51,076 nt of DNA from an uncultured Gammaproteobacteria bacterium (GTDB taxonomy: Bacteria > Pseudomonadota > Gammaproteobacteria > Steroidobacterales > Rariloculaceae), in NCBI GenBank assembly GCA_913041665.1, contig CAJWKT010000002.1, forward strand, positions 1 to 51,076. The letters are read 5' to 3'. Below the pieces are notes generated by a model. It did not search any database. It was given only the letters and a program-made list of their open reading frames with translations, and was not told the DNA's origin. Of this stretch, positions 38,840 through 46,718 are shown one piece after another. The stretch's first letter is position 1. Each line of letters begins with the position of its first letter. Position numbers and translations under genes: made by a program.

Positions 38840-39562
38840 TTACTTCTGAGCAATCCGTTGACGCGCACTGCTATTTACCAGACTAAGTTCCGCCCGGCGC
38901 TCCATAGCTAAACCATCTAAATCGCTTTCGTCTGAGCGGGAAAATTGCTCGCCATAAGAATCCAGGACAATACGACCCGAAGGTACACCAGCACGAATTA
39001 AAGCATCTTGAACCGCTAATGCACGATCAGCGGAAAGTTGTGCGTTGTACTCTACATTTCCCCGAGCGTCGGCAAATCCCTCTACACGAATCAACATCCC
39101 ATCCATATTAGCCAGCAATTTAGCCAGCTGCTCAAACCAATCCTGATTGATTTTGTCGAGATCGCTTTCTCCTGTTCTAAACAGTACTTGAACGCTCAAC
39201 ATTTGCTGCAGCGTATTCTGCATTTCTGCTGTGCCTTTTAGTAGTTCTGACTCAAGCCTAATCATTTCTTGTTCGCGCGTTTTAATACCGGCGTTTAAAA
39301 TTTCAGCCTCGTCCTTGAGCGCTTCCCAACGCTGCTCGAATTCCAACTTAGCTGTTTGCTCTTTATAGAACCTGTCTCCCAGCCAACTACCGAGGGCTGC
39401 GCCTAAAATAGACCCAACCGGACCACCAACGGAACCACCAAGAACTGCCCCGGTGCCAACCCCTATGCTTTCTTGTCTAGAAGGCGATCCTATTTCGTCT
39501 GCTAAACCCAAATCACTGATAGCAATCGTGCAAATCACAGTTAACAAAATGTATTTCATCAT
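38840..39562 (-). CDS. OmpA-like peptidoglycan-binding protein with signal peptide, glycine-zipper segment and coiled coil
   Basis: The signal peptide is MMKYILLTVICTIAISDLGLA. The glycine zipper is GVGTGAVLGGSVGGPVGSILGAALGSWLG. A heptad-rich region is KLEFEQRWEALKDEAEILNAGIKTREQEMIRLESELLK. The OmpA_C motif is RVEGFADARGNVEYNAQLSADRALAVQDALIRAGV. A strong SD (GGAGGAG) precedes the ATG. Confidence 0.8.
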   Translation of the reverse strand: MMKYILLTVICTIAISDLGLADEIGSPSRQESIGVGTGAVLGGSVGGPVGSILGAALGSWLGDRFYKEQTAKLEFEQRWEALKDEAEILNAGIKTREQEMIRLESELLKGTAEMQNTLQQMLSVQVLFRTGESDLDKINQDWFEQLAKLLANMDGMLIRVEGFADARGNVEYNAQLSADRALAVQDALIRAGVPSGRIVLDSYGEQFSRSDESDLDGLAMERRAELSLVNSSARQRIAQK

Positions 39563-39683
39563 TGCTGTCTCCTCCCGCTTTTAAAGATCTCTATGCATTG
39601 CCTCTCCATTAAAACGATCGACAACGACAGAGCAGCGATGAAATGAGACGACTAGAAAAAGGAACCTGACAAAATCTGACAGC

Positions 39684-40688
39684 TCAACGGGCCCGGCGAT
39701 GAGGAAGCGCAACAAAGGTGCCTCCATTTCTTTGGCAAAGCGCCCGCATAAGAATGGCGAATCGAGCAGCGGTTAACATGTCACCAGTGACCTCGAAAAG
39801 CACCGGAAAAGCTACGGCATGGATCCGTACCCGGCGCTCACCCCTCTCATCAGCGCGATTGCGGCGATCCACCTCCCTTACTACCCCATTGATCGACCCG
39901 GATGAAAAATCATCACTGTAAACATACAAGCTCACTCTTTTTTCAGGATCGTAGAAGCTCTCTATAGCGGTCAAGATGCCTTCTCTGGGGCTGGAGTTGG
40001 AGAATGCGTTCCAATTTCTCAAGGCATCCATGATCGCTTCCCGCCTAGCAGGCGTATCCGGAATCCACTCATTGCGGTAACTTTTAAACATATATTCGCC
40101 CATATCATTCAAAACCTGTATTCCTTTCACCTCAGGATAAACCTCGAGTGTTTCTTGCATCTGTTTCTGGACTCTATCCCAAGCGTACTGACGCATACTC
40201 CCCGAAGTATCAATGATAAAAACGATGTATTCGCTATCCACAGGTATACCGCCTATGTTGTAATCATCTGGATCCGGGCGGTAATCAGCTAACAGTCGCT
40301 GCATCTCCTCAGTCAGCCGTTGCTTAGCTAGCGCAAGCTGGCCTTGCAGTTCCGTATTGATGTCAGCGTTATCTCCAGTAGCCAAAAACTCGGAACGAAT
40401 TCTTGAGAGTTGTTCCTGTAAACGGGAGAGCTGTAAATTTTCTGAATCTAATTGCGTCACAGTAGAAATCTGCTCGCGCTCAACGATCTCGGTTTCTCCA
40501 CGGAGATCATTCAGTTCCTCCTGATAACGCGTAATCAATTCTTCAAGCTCTACATGACTCTCCTCAAGACGGATAGGCTCAAAAATCTTTGTTAAGACAA
40601 GCAAGAGAATGATAGCCCCAAAGCCACAGCATATTACGTCTAAAAAAGAAAGATTAAGTGTCTCCGTGTCGCGATCTTTTTTCCTCAT
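39684..40688 (-). CDS. ExbD/TolR-like TM anchor + coiled coil + vWA (MIDAS) domain protein, paralogue 2
   Basis: I prefer the start at nt 40688 (MRKKDRDTETLNLSFLDVICCGFGAIILLLVL). It has a GAGGA SD and forms an ATGA overlap with the upstream stop. The TM helix carries Asp17, as in ExbD/TolR/MotB. A coiled coil spans about aa 40-135. The vWA MIDAS motif is YIVFIIDTSGSM. Confidence 0.75.
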   Translation of the reverse strand: MRKKDRDTETLNLSFLDVICCGFGAIILLLVLTKIFEPIRLEESHVELEELITRYQEELNDLRGETEIVEREQISTVTQLDSENLQLSRLQEQLSRIRSEFLATGDNADINTELQGQLALAKQRLTEEMQRLLADYRPDPDDYNIGGIPVDSEYIVFIIDTSGSMRQYAWDRVQKQMQETLEVYPEVKGIQVLNDMGEYMFKSYRNEWIPDTPARREAIMDALRNWNAFSNSSPREGILTAIESFYDPEKRVSLYVYSDDFSSGSINGVVREVDRRNRADERGERRVRIHAVAFPVLFEVTGDMLTAARFAILMRALCQRNGGTFVALPHRRAR

Positions 40689-41782
40689 GGCCAATCCTCT
40701 GAAGGTGCCATCATGGATCCACCAGTAGTTAGCGAGAGCTGCCAATAAGCCGGCGCGGCCAAAGGATCCCCCTCCATCGCATAGAGAATCACATTCACCG
40801 GAATATTCAGGGGCAGCCGGCGAACAGCTCGTTCAAAATGATTAACTCGCTCCCTACTAGTTACGCCTGCCTGCGCCGGTACAACCTCACCCATAGTTGG
40901 TAGGCCATCTACAAGCAGATACAAATTATCGGGCTTTGGGTCTAAGGTTCTAGCAACGTCCATTGCCGCATGCAGGCTAGTCGGGCCTTCTGGTGATGTA
41001 TCTTTAAGTACCTGAACCGCCGCATCTAATTGGGCGCCATTCTCAACGGTAAGCCAGCGCCCGCCGGTACCATCCAACAACGGCCAAGCTTCTTTGTTAA
41101 AAGCATAAATCTGAAATTGGATACCGGGCGGAATCTGGGTAGTAAGCCAGTCCACCGTATTGACTACTTGTTGCCATTTGGGTGCCTGCAGTCTTTGCTC
41201 CACTGGCATATTGCGCCGCCGAATAATATTTACGATGGTACGATCCAGCATGCTTGTAGAAGCGTCTACTAAAATCAGTACGCGCTGCCCGCCCATTCGC
41301 AAGCCTGTTAAATACTGTCTATTCCCGTCACCCGTGAAACTACGAATACGGTTCCCCGCATCTTCCGGCGTAACGCTAGCCGCCGACAGCCTTTCATTTT
41401 CTTCTCTTAGATCATCAAGCTCTGACCTTAGTCGCTCGATAGCTTCTTTGCGAGTGCTTGTCTCTTCAGTTACAGAATTTAGCTCATTTTCTGTACTAAG
41501 AATTTCTTTCATAACCTCATCTCGCATTCCGGCCAGCACAGCCATATCTTTGATAAGCTTGGCTAGCTCATCCTTAAGTTGAACTAGATTTTTCTTTCCT
41601 GAAAGTACTCTTAACTCCATGCGGTCTACTTCACTACCAAGATCATCGAGCTCAAGCTTACTGCGCTCAGAGACATTGGCGTTAATCACCATGAAGAATA
41701 AAATGACTGCACCGAATCCACAGGTCATGGCGTCCAGAAAAGATAAGGAAAATACGTTTATCTTTTTACGAGCCACAATCAT
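40685..41782 (-). CDS. ExbD/TolR-like TM anchor + coiled coil + vWA (MIDAS) domain protein, paralogue 1
   Basis: The N-terminus is MIVARKKINVFSLSFLDAMTCGFGAVILFFMV. Compare ExbD INVTPFIDVMLVLLIIFMV. Asp17 lies in the TM helix. A coiled coil spans about aa 45-135. The vWA MIDAS motif is RVLILVDASTSM. Confidence 0.75.
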   Translation of the reverse strand: MIVARKKINVFSLSFLDAMTCGFGAVILFFMVINANVSERSKLELDDLGSEVDRMELRVLSGKKNLVQLKDELAKLIKDMAVLAGMRDEVMKEILSTENELNSVTEETSTRKEAIERLRSELDDLREENERLSAASVTPEDAGNRIRSFTGDGNRQYLTGLRMGGQRVLILVDASTSMLDRTIVNIIRRRNMPVEQRLQAPKWQQVVNTVDWLTTQIPPGIQFQIYAFNKEAWPLLDGTGGRWLTVENGAQLDAAVQVLKDTSPEGPTSLHAAMDVARTLDPKPDNLYLLVDGLPTMGEVVPAQAGVTSRERVNHFERAVRRLPLNIPVNVILYAMEGDPLAAPAYWQLSLTTGGSMMAPSEDWP

Positions 41783-43148
41783 TTCCTACGCTTATTACCC
41801 ACAACTCCTCACCAGGTGAACCGATACGAATGACATCTGCGGGACGCAGTGTGGTTTCAGCCGAAGCTCTCTTTTCGTTTACAAATGTCCCGTGACGACT
41901 GTGATCAATAAGCTTGACCTCACCATCACGCAAGACCAATTCACAATGTGAGCCAGAAACACCACTATGGTCTCCCTCAAGCACGATAGAGCGACGCTCT
42001 TTATCTTTAGTACGGCCAATTGATAGCCCCTCAGCATCCACGGGATATGCAATTCCCTTATAAACCACATGACTCGAACTGGCGTCTGGAGTTTTCTCTG
42101 AATCCTGAAAAACGTTTTTATCAACTGCAACCTGAGCCTGTTCACGCCATGGCACCCGCTTTAGCAGTTTGACCTGACCGCTTTTAGACTCAGCGGCTGG
42201 CATAGCTAACGCACCCATCACGGGTGCATCGGGTCCTAAACTCAACACAAGCGCATCATCTAAACGTTGTAATTCAGTCATTAGCCCAGGTAGTAAACCA
42301 AGATGGTGGGAAACCTGTACAACGAGACCAGCCCCACCTTGCCTAACCTGAGCTACTAGTTGCACCAGTGCACGATAAAAACCTGATGCGGCTGCCAACA
42401 GCTGCTCCCGCCGAACTTCAATCCGATGAATATCTTGGTAATGCTCCAGTTCGAATTCACATACATCTTTCTCTTGTATCGACTGTAGCCAACCCGGTAG
42501 GTAATCATATATAAGCTGCTCAGTATCAGCTCGATGAAGAGGGTCAAAGCGTGTTGCAAGAACGAAAAGCTCTGAAAACCGCTGGGCCCAAAGATCCATA
42601 ACACTTATCAGGCCAGTATTTTCCAGACCAATTTCTTGTAACGCCATTACGCTATCGCTCTGCTCTAATGGCGTCACAGAGACTCGGTGTAAGCCAACAT
42701 CTAGGTGAACAAGCTGCCGGCCCGGGTACGGTCGTGCGCTGACAGCAGCGGCTGAGCTTAACATCCCACTCACCCGAATTCCGATCTCTTGAGTTAACCC
42801 AAGTAATACACCCAATTGCTCGCGCGTGTAGTGATTCGGCACTATCAGAACAACATCGTCTGATTTATCCGCAATTTGGGTCCACAACGTTTTGAGCTGA
42901 GCATGAGCAAGTTCCGAGGCACTATCAATCCCTTCTACGCCCGCGGTATTACTGCCTACGCTCAAATTAGTCCAATAACGGCTACTCACCTGACTAGGCT
43001 TAACACGTGCTTGTCGAAGCGCCTCAGTGCCAGTGATAATGCGCCCATCCTCTACTAGCGCATAACCAGGCTCTCTAGCCAATACTTCCCCTTCGTGGGC
43101 AACCACCAGGCTTGCGTCATTGATGTCGATTGCGAGCGTGGCCATCAA
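41766..43148 (-). CDS. Degenerate Hsp70/actin-fold domain fused to a C-terminal FHA domain
   Basis: The N-terminal 350 aa follow the Hsp70 nucleotide-binding-domain motif order with degraded loops. These are LAIDINDASLVVAH, VVLIVPNHYTREQLGVLLGLTQEIGIRVSGMLSSAAAVS, LVHLDVGLHRVSV and VVQVSHHLGLLPGL. The C-terminal FHA is canonical: SIGRT...VSGSHCEL...LIDHSRHGTFVN...LRPADVIRIG. Confidence 0.7.
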   Translation of the reverse strand: MMATLAIDINDASLVVAHEGEVLAREPGYALVEDGRIITGTEALRQARVKPSQVSSRYWTNLSVGSNTAGVEGIDSASELAHAQLKTLWTQIADKSDDVVLIVPNHYTREQLGVLLGLTQEIGIRVSGMLSSAAAVSARPYPGRQLVHLDVGLHRVSVTPLEQSDSVMALQEIGLENTGLISVMDLWAQRFSELFVLATRFDPLHRADTEQLIYDYLPGWLQSIQEKDVCEFELEHYQDIHRIEVRREQLLAAASGFYRALVQLVAQVRQGGAGLVVQVSHHLGLLPGLMTELQRLDDALVLSLGPDAPVMGALAMPAAESKSGQVKLLKRVPWREQAQVAVDKNVFQDSEKTPDASSSHVVYKGIAYPVDAEGLSIGRTKDKERRSIVLEGDHSGVSGSHCELVLRDGEVKLIDHSRHGTFVNEKRASAETTLRPADVIRIGSPGEELWVISVGNDCGS

Positions 43149-43164
43149 TCAACTCTTGGAAATT

Positions 43165-43968
43165 TCAAGCTCCCCTAGTCTGCATGTGGCGAATTAAATT
43201 GTGGTCGACGTGAGTTTGAGCATCAAAAATGAAACGTTCCTGTAAAAGCTGTAGCTGATGGACAAGAAACATCACAACAATAGAAATCAAAAGCGCAATA
43301 AAAGTGGAGTTAAATGCGGTACCCAAGCTCTGGGTTACCCCCGCGATATCTCCATCTACAGCGCGGTGTGCCTGACCCAAAGCCTCACCGATTCCGCGCA
43401 CTGTTCCAATAAACCCCACAGAAGGTATAGCCCAAGCGATATAACGAATCATGGAAAGCTCGGACTCCAATCGTTCACCTTCCGACTCACACAAATTAGT
43501 TGCCACCGAGGATACATCTTGCACGTTACGTGTGGACCCAAACCGTTCAAGCGAAGAAAGCATGACCCTAGGAAGCAACATCTCTCTCAAACGCTCAGGA
43601 AGAGATTGAATGTTGCGAGCATACTCCCTTGTATCCTCCGGAAGAATGCGCACGCCCTCTTGAACTCGGACAAATTCTTGCTGCAAAAGAGCTCGTTCCT
43701 TAAGCGCCCGAAACGCTTTATAGCCCATAATGCAGAACGCCCAAATCATCAAAATAAAACAAGATTCCTGCTCGAAGTCCCGAATAATCACCCACACAGA
43801 GCGCTCTGGCGTGTAGTTTTCTTCTTGCTCAATACGTAGTATCTGCTCGGCCGCCACAGCAGCCGCTTTAGGCCTGACCACCGTAACGTAGACCGCATGC
43901 ACCACGATGATTGCGATAATTAGCGCAAACACTTGATAAACAAACTCAGCTGGAAAACGACGTTTCAT
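43165..43968 (-). CDS. MotA/TolQ/ExbB-family proton-channel protein
   Basis: 267 aa. Two N-terminal TM segments and a cytoplasmic loop are followed by the family signature IPSVGFIGTVRGIGEALG. Compare ExbB/TolQ P-lGL-GTV-GI. A final helix pair is AFNSTFIALLISIVVMFLV. A GGAGG SD is present. Confidence 0.8.
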   Translation of the reverse strand: MKRRFPAEFVYQVFALIIAIIVVHAVYVTVVRPKAAAVAAEQILRIEQEENYTPERSVWVIIRDFEQESCFILMIWAFCIMGYKAFRALKERALLQQEFVRVQEGVRILPEDTREYARNIQSLPERLREMLLPRVMLSSLERFGSTRNVQDVSSVATNLCESEGERLESELSMIRYIAWAIPSVGFIGTVRGIGEALGQAHRAVDGDIAGVTQSLGTAFNSTFIALLISIVVMFLVHQLQLLQERFIFDAQTHVDHNLIRHMQTRGA

Positions 43969-43992
43969 CAGATAATGCCTCCGGCTAAAAAC

Positions 43993-44208
43993 CTAAATAT
44001 CTATAGGAAAAATAACTTCTTCATCAGCTGCAATCTCTTCCGAGGGAATAAAGACATCAGTGTTTGGCGGGGTCCTTTCTGACTCAGGCTCCACCCTCGG
44101 GGGAGGTATCGCCTCCTCCACTTCTTGCTCATCTTCCTGGCCTAGCCCCAATGACAATAGACTCAGCAAGCTCCCCAGCACAAACACCCTAATCTTAAAA
44201 TTGATCAT
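43993..44208 (-). CDS. Small secreted acidic, proline-containing protein (71 aa)
   Basis: The signal-like N-terminus is MINFKIRVFVLGSLLSLLSLGLG. It is followed by an acidic/Pro-rich tail, QEDEQEVEEAIPPPRVEPESERTPPNTDVFIPSEE. It sits in a 290-nt slot between two operon genes. I see no obvious SD, so coding status is uncertain. Confidence 0.4.
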   Translation of the reverse strand: MINFKIRVFVLGSLLSLLSLGLGQEDEQEVEEAIPPPRVEPESERTPPNTDVFIPSEEIAADEEVIFPIDI

Positions 44209-44252
44209 TTTTTTTCATACCAGTTTGAAAGTTTAAGCAAAGTCTGATCCCA

Positions 44253-46718
44253 TCATTCCAGATTACGCGCAATACGAAAACCGAGGTCCTCTCGGGCACT
44301 ACCATTGTAGTCTCGGTAGGCAAGCCGAAGATTCGTCAGGGTAGCGCTAGTCCAGCTAGAACCTCGAACCACATGTAAACTACCAATTTCAGGGCCCAGA
44401 GGATCCTTGACGACTCCCTCTACGCCGATAGTCGCAATTTCATAGTAATCCTGCATCCATTCTGAAACATTGCCACCGAGATCAAAAAAACCAAGGAGAC
44501 TGGGCCCGAAACTCCCTACTGGCGCTGCTACCTGAAAGCTATCGTTATAAGTGATTAGTGTCGTTCTTAACAACTGAGAGGCACTAACATCAGCATAATT
44601 GCCGGTGCGATCCGGGGGAGGGAGCTCAGCTCCCCAAGGATAGATTAGAGCTTCCTCCCTTTCTGCAAATCGCGAAGCCCAGGCCCATTCAGCCTCTGTG
44701 GGCAAACGATAACCGTTGCGCACTGGACGTACCAATACCCGAGTTCCCTGCCGCTCCTCATATGCAGGCTGAAATCCGTCAGTAATGCTGAGCCAGTTAA
44801 GAAATTGCGCAACTTCTCCCCAAGTCACCCTCACCACAGGCTGATCATCTTCATCTAAAGAAACACCCGAAAAAGATCCCGAATTGTGTTCAGGTTTGAA
44901 CTTCCTGAATTCCGCGTTACTGACTTCCCGAGCACCTAGATAGAAAGCTGTACTTAACCTAACTGTGCGCATTGACTCATTTGAGCGGCGCCCTTGTTCG
45001 CGCCGCGATGAACCCATAATGAATTCACCTGGCAAAACAAGCAATAAATCCTGGCCTAAACTGGTCTCAACAACCTTTGGGTAACCGCTGCCAGTCGTGA
45101 CATCCAATTCCTCCAACTTAAACTCTAAGATTTGAGGAAAACCAGGACGAGGCGTTATCTCCACAGACTGGCTCGCAAAACCAGGATAACCAATTTCCAG
45201 CTGATGACTTATTGCCATAAGCATTAAACGAGTAGGTGTATTACCTTGGCGCTCACCATCAACCCAAATAGCTGCACCAGTTGGTTCGCTATTGATGCCT
45301 ACCTCACCCAATTGTGCAACTAGGTTGATATCCAGCTCCTGTTGACTATCAGCTGCAACGGACAATACCTGCATGACGGGATCGTAGCCTGGCTTAGTGA
45401 GTCCAATCTGATGATCTCGATCCGGAAGCAAGCCTAAAGTGAGGGGGGTTCGACCGCGATACTTTCCATCAACACTCACGACCGCATCAGCTGGATTGCT
45501 TGTAAGCTCCAATTGACCATCAGCCGGAGAAAGCATCACTAGCGGTAGCTCTAGAGGTTGGTCTGCATTCACTAAAATTGTGCTTTTCCAAATATTGAAC
45601 CCCTCGAGTCTTGCCTCAATTCGTCGTTCTCCAGCTGCTAGCTCCATGACTAAAGGCGTCCCTCCAAGGGACACGTCGTCTACAAAAACCCGTGCACTAA
45701 CCGGTTCAGTGATCAAAGTCACTGGTGACCAATTCGGCGTGAGCACGGCAGACATATTTTGTCTTTCACCTCCCCCAATGACCTCAAATTCTCTGATTTC
45801 TGATAAATATCGATCAGCCATAAACTCAAATCGGCGCAATCCAGTAGAAACCTCTGCATCCACTAGCGGCGCACTACCGAGCAGCTGGCCATCCACGTAG
45901 ACATCTGTATCTAAATTTGAATCAACCGAAACACTAATTAGCCCTGGTAGTCTCTTTAAAGAAAGTTCAAACGATTGATCCGGAGACAGTCCGACGTCGA
46001 TTTCAGTCTCCAAAGTGTGATATCCCAAAAGTGTAGCACTAATGCGATGCGTGCCGAAGCGAAGCAAATAGCGATCTGCAAGCTGGAGTTTGAAAAATGT
46101 ACCGGGAAGACTAACGGCTTCAGGTTGGGGCGTAAACACGAGCTGAACAGACTTAGCTGTAAATGCAAACCATCCGACAACAGCTAGCGTAACTAATCCA
46201 CTCCCCACTCCTAAAAACCTCTTGCTAGGTCTAAAAAAATGACTATCAGTTTGCTCTTTTAGCCTAGGACGAAACGCAACTGGTGCAATCTCAATATCAC
46301 CAAGGTCATCCGATTCCCTTGCTAGTTCCTCTAGGTCCGGCGGCACCGTATCACTACCCGTAACCTGAACATCAATCATAAGGCTCAAACGATTGCTCGA
46401 AAGCGTGCAGCTTAATCGAGCTGTGTCCAGAGCAATAATATCTCCATCCCGTAGCCAACGTGACCCAGATAATAGCTCTCCATTTATGCGAAGCCCGTTA
46501 GTATCTCGAGCTGGCAAAACGAAAAAAGCTTCATCTAACATGTCTATTTGTAAGGAACCGGAAACGTTGTTTAATCTCACATCGTCGGAAGGATTACCCC
46601 CTAACGAAACCGGAAGATGGTTAGCAGAAAAATATTTTTCTTGTCCACCTTCGGCCAAACACAACACCCATTTTTTACCATTACCGATCATTACGACTAA
46701 TTGATCCGTTCCACACAA
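44253..46718 (-). CDS. FHA - TM - PEGA repeats - FGE-sulfatase(SUMF1)-like domain protein
   Basis: A divergent N-terminal FHA spans aa 10-105 (LPVSLGG...TNGLRINGELL...LRDGDIIAL). One TM segment spans aa 168-187. There are four clear PEGA-like repeats plus one degenerate (VYVDGQLLGSAPL, VFVDDVSLGGTPL, VSVDGKYRGRTPL, IWVDGERQGNTPT). The C-terminal FGE-sulfatase motifs are VRVTWGEVAQFLNWLS, GYRLPTEAEWAWAS, GNVSEWMQD and VVRGSSW. The start may instead be M10 (nt 46691), 5 nt after the upstream stop. Confidence 0.8.
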   Translation of the reverse strand: MCGTDQLVVMIGNGKKWVLCLAEGGQEKYFSANHLPVSLGGNPSDDVRLNNVSGSLQIDMLDEAFFVLPARDTNGLRINGELLSGSRWLRDGDIIALDTARLSCTLSSNRLSLMIDVQVTGSDTVPPDLEELARESDDLGDIEIAPVAFRPRLKEQTDSHFFRPSKRFLGVGSGLVTLAVVGWFAFTAKSVQLVFTPQPEAVSLPGTFFKLQLADRYLLRFGTHRISATLLGYHTLETEIDVGLSPDQSFELSLKRLPGLISVSVDSNLDTDVYVDGQLLGSAPLVDAEVSTGLRRFEFMADRYLSEIREFEVIGGGERQNMSAVLTPNWSPVTLITEPVSARVFVDDVSLGGTPLVMELAAGERRIEARLEGFNIWKSTILVNADQPLELPLVMLSPADGQLELTSNPADAVVSVDGKYRGRTPLTLGLLPDRDHQIGLTKPGYDPVMQVLSVAADSQQELDINLVAQLGEVGINSEPTGAAIWVDGERQGNTPTRLMLMAISHQLEIGYPGFASQSVEITPRPGFPQILEFKLEELDVTTGSGYPKVVETSLGQDLLLVLPGEFIMGSSRREQGRRSNESMRTVRLSTAFYLGAREVSNAEFRKFKPEHNSGSFSGVSLDEDDQPVVRVTWGEVAQFLNWLSITDGFQPAYEERQGTRVLVRPVRNGYRLPTEAEWAWASRFAEREEALIYPWGAELPPPDRTGNYADVSASQLLRTTLITYNDSFQVAAPVGSFGPSLLGFFDLGGNVSEWMQDYYEIATIGVEGVVKDPLGPEIGSLHVVRGSSWTSATLTNLRLAYRDYNGSAREDLGFRIARNLE

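Noticed and set aside
41160-41582. 140-aa Ser-rich plus-strand ORF
   Set aside because: It lies antisense to the coiled-coil segment of the vWA paralogue. Ser/Leu-rich shadow frames are expected opposite Glu/Leu/Arg-rich coiled-coil coding sequence.
43258-43839. 193-aa plus-strand ORF
   Set aside because: It lies antisense within the MotA/ExbB gene and gives a highly basic low-complexity translation. The minus-strand frame carries a clear family signature.
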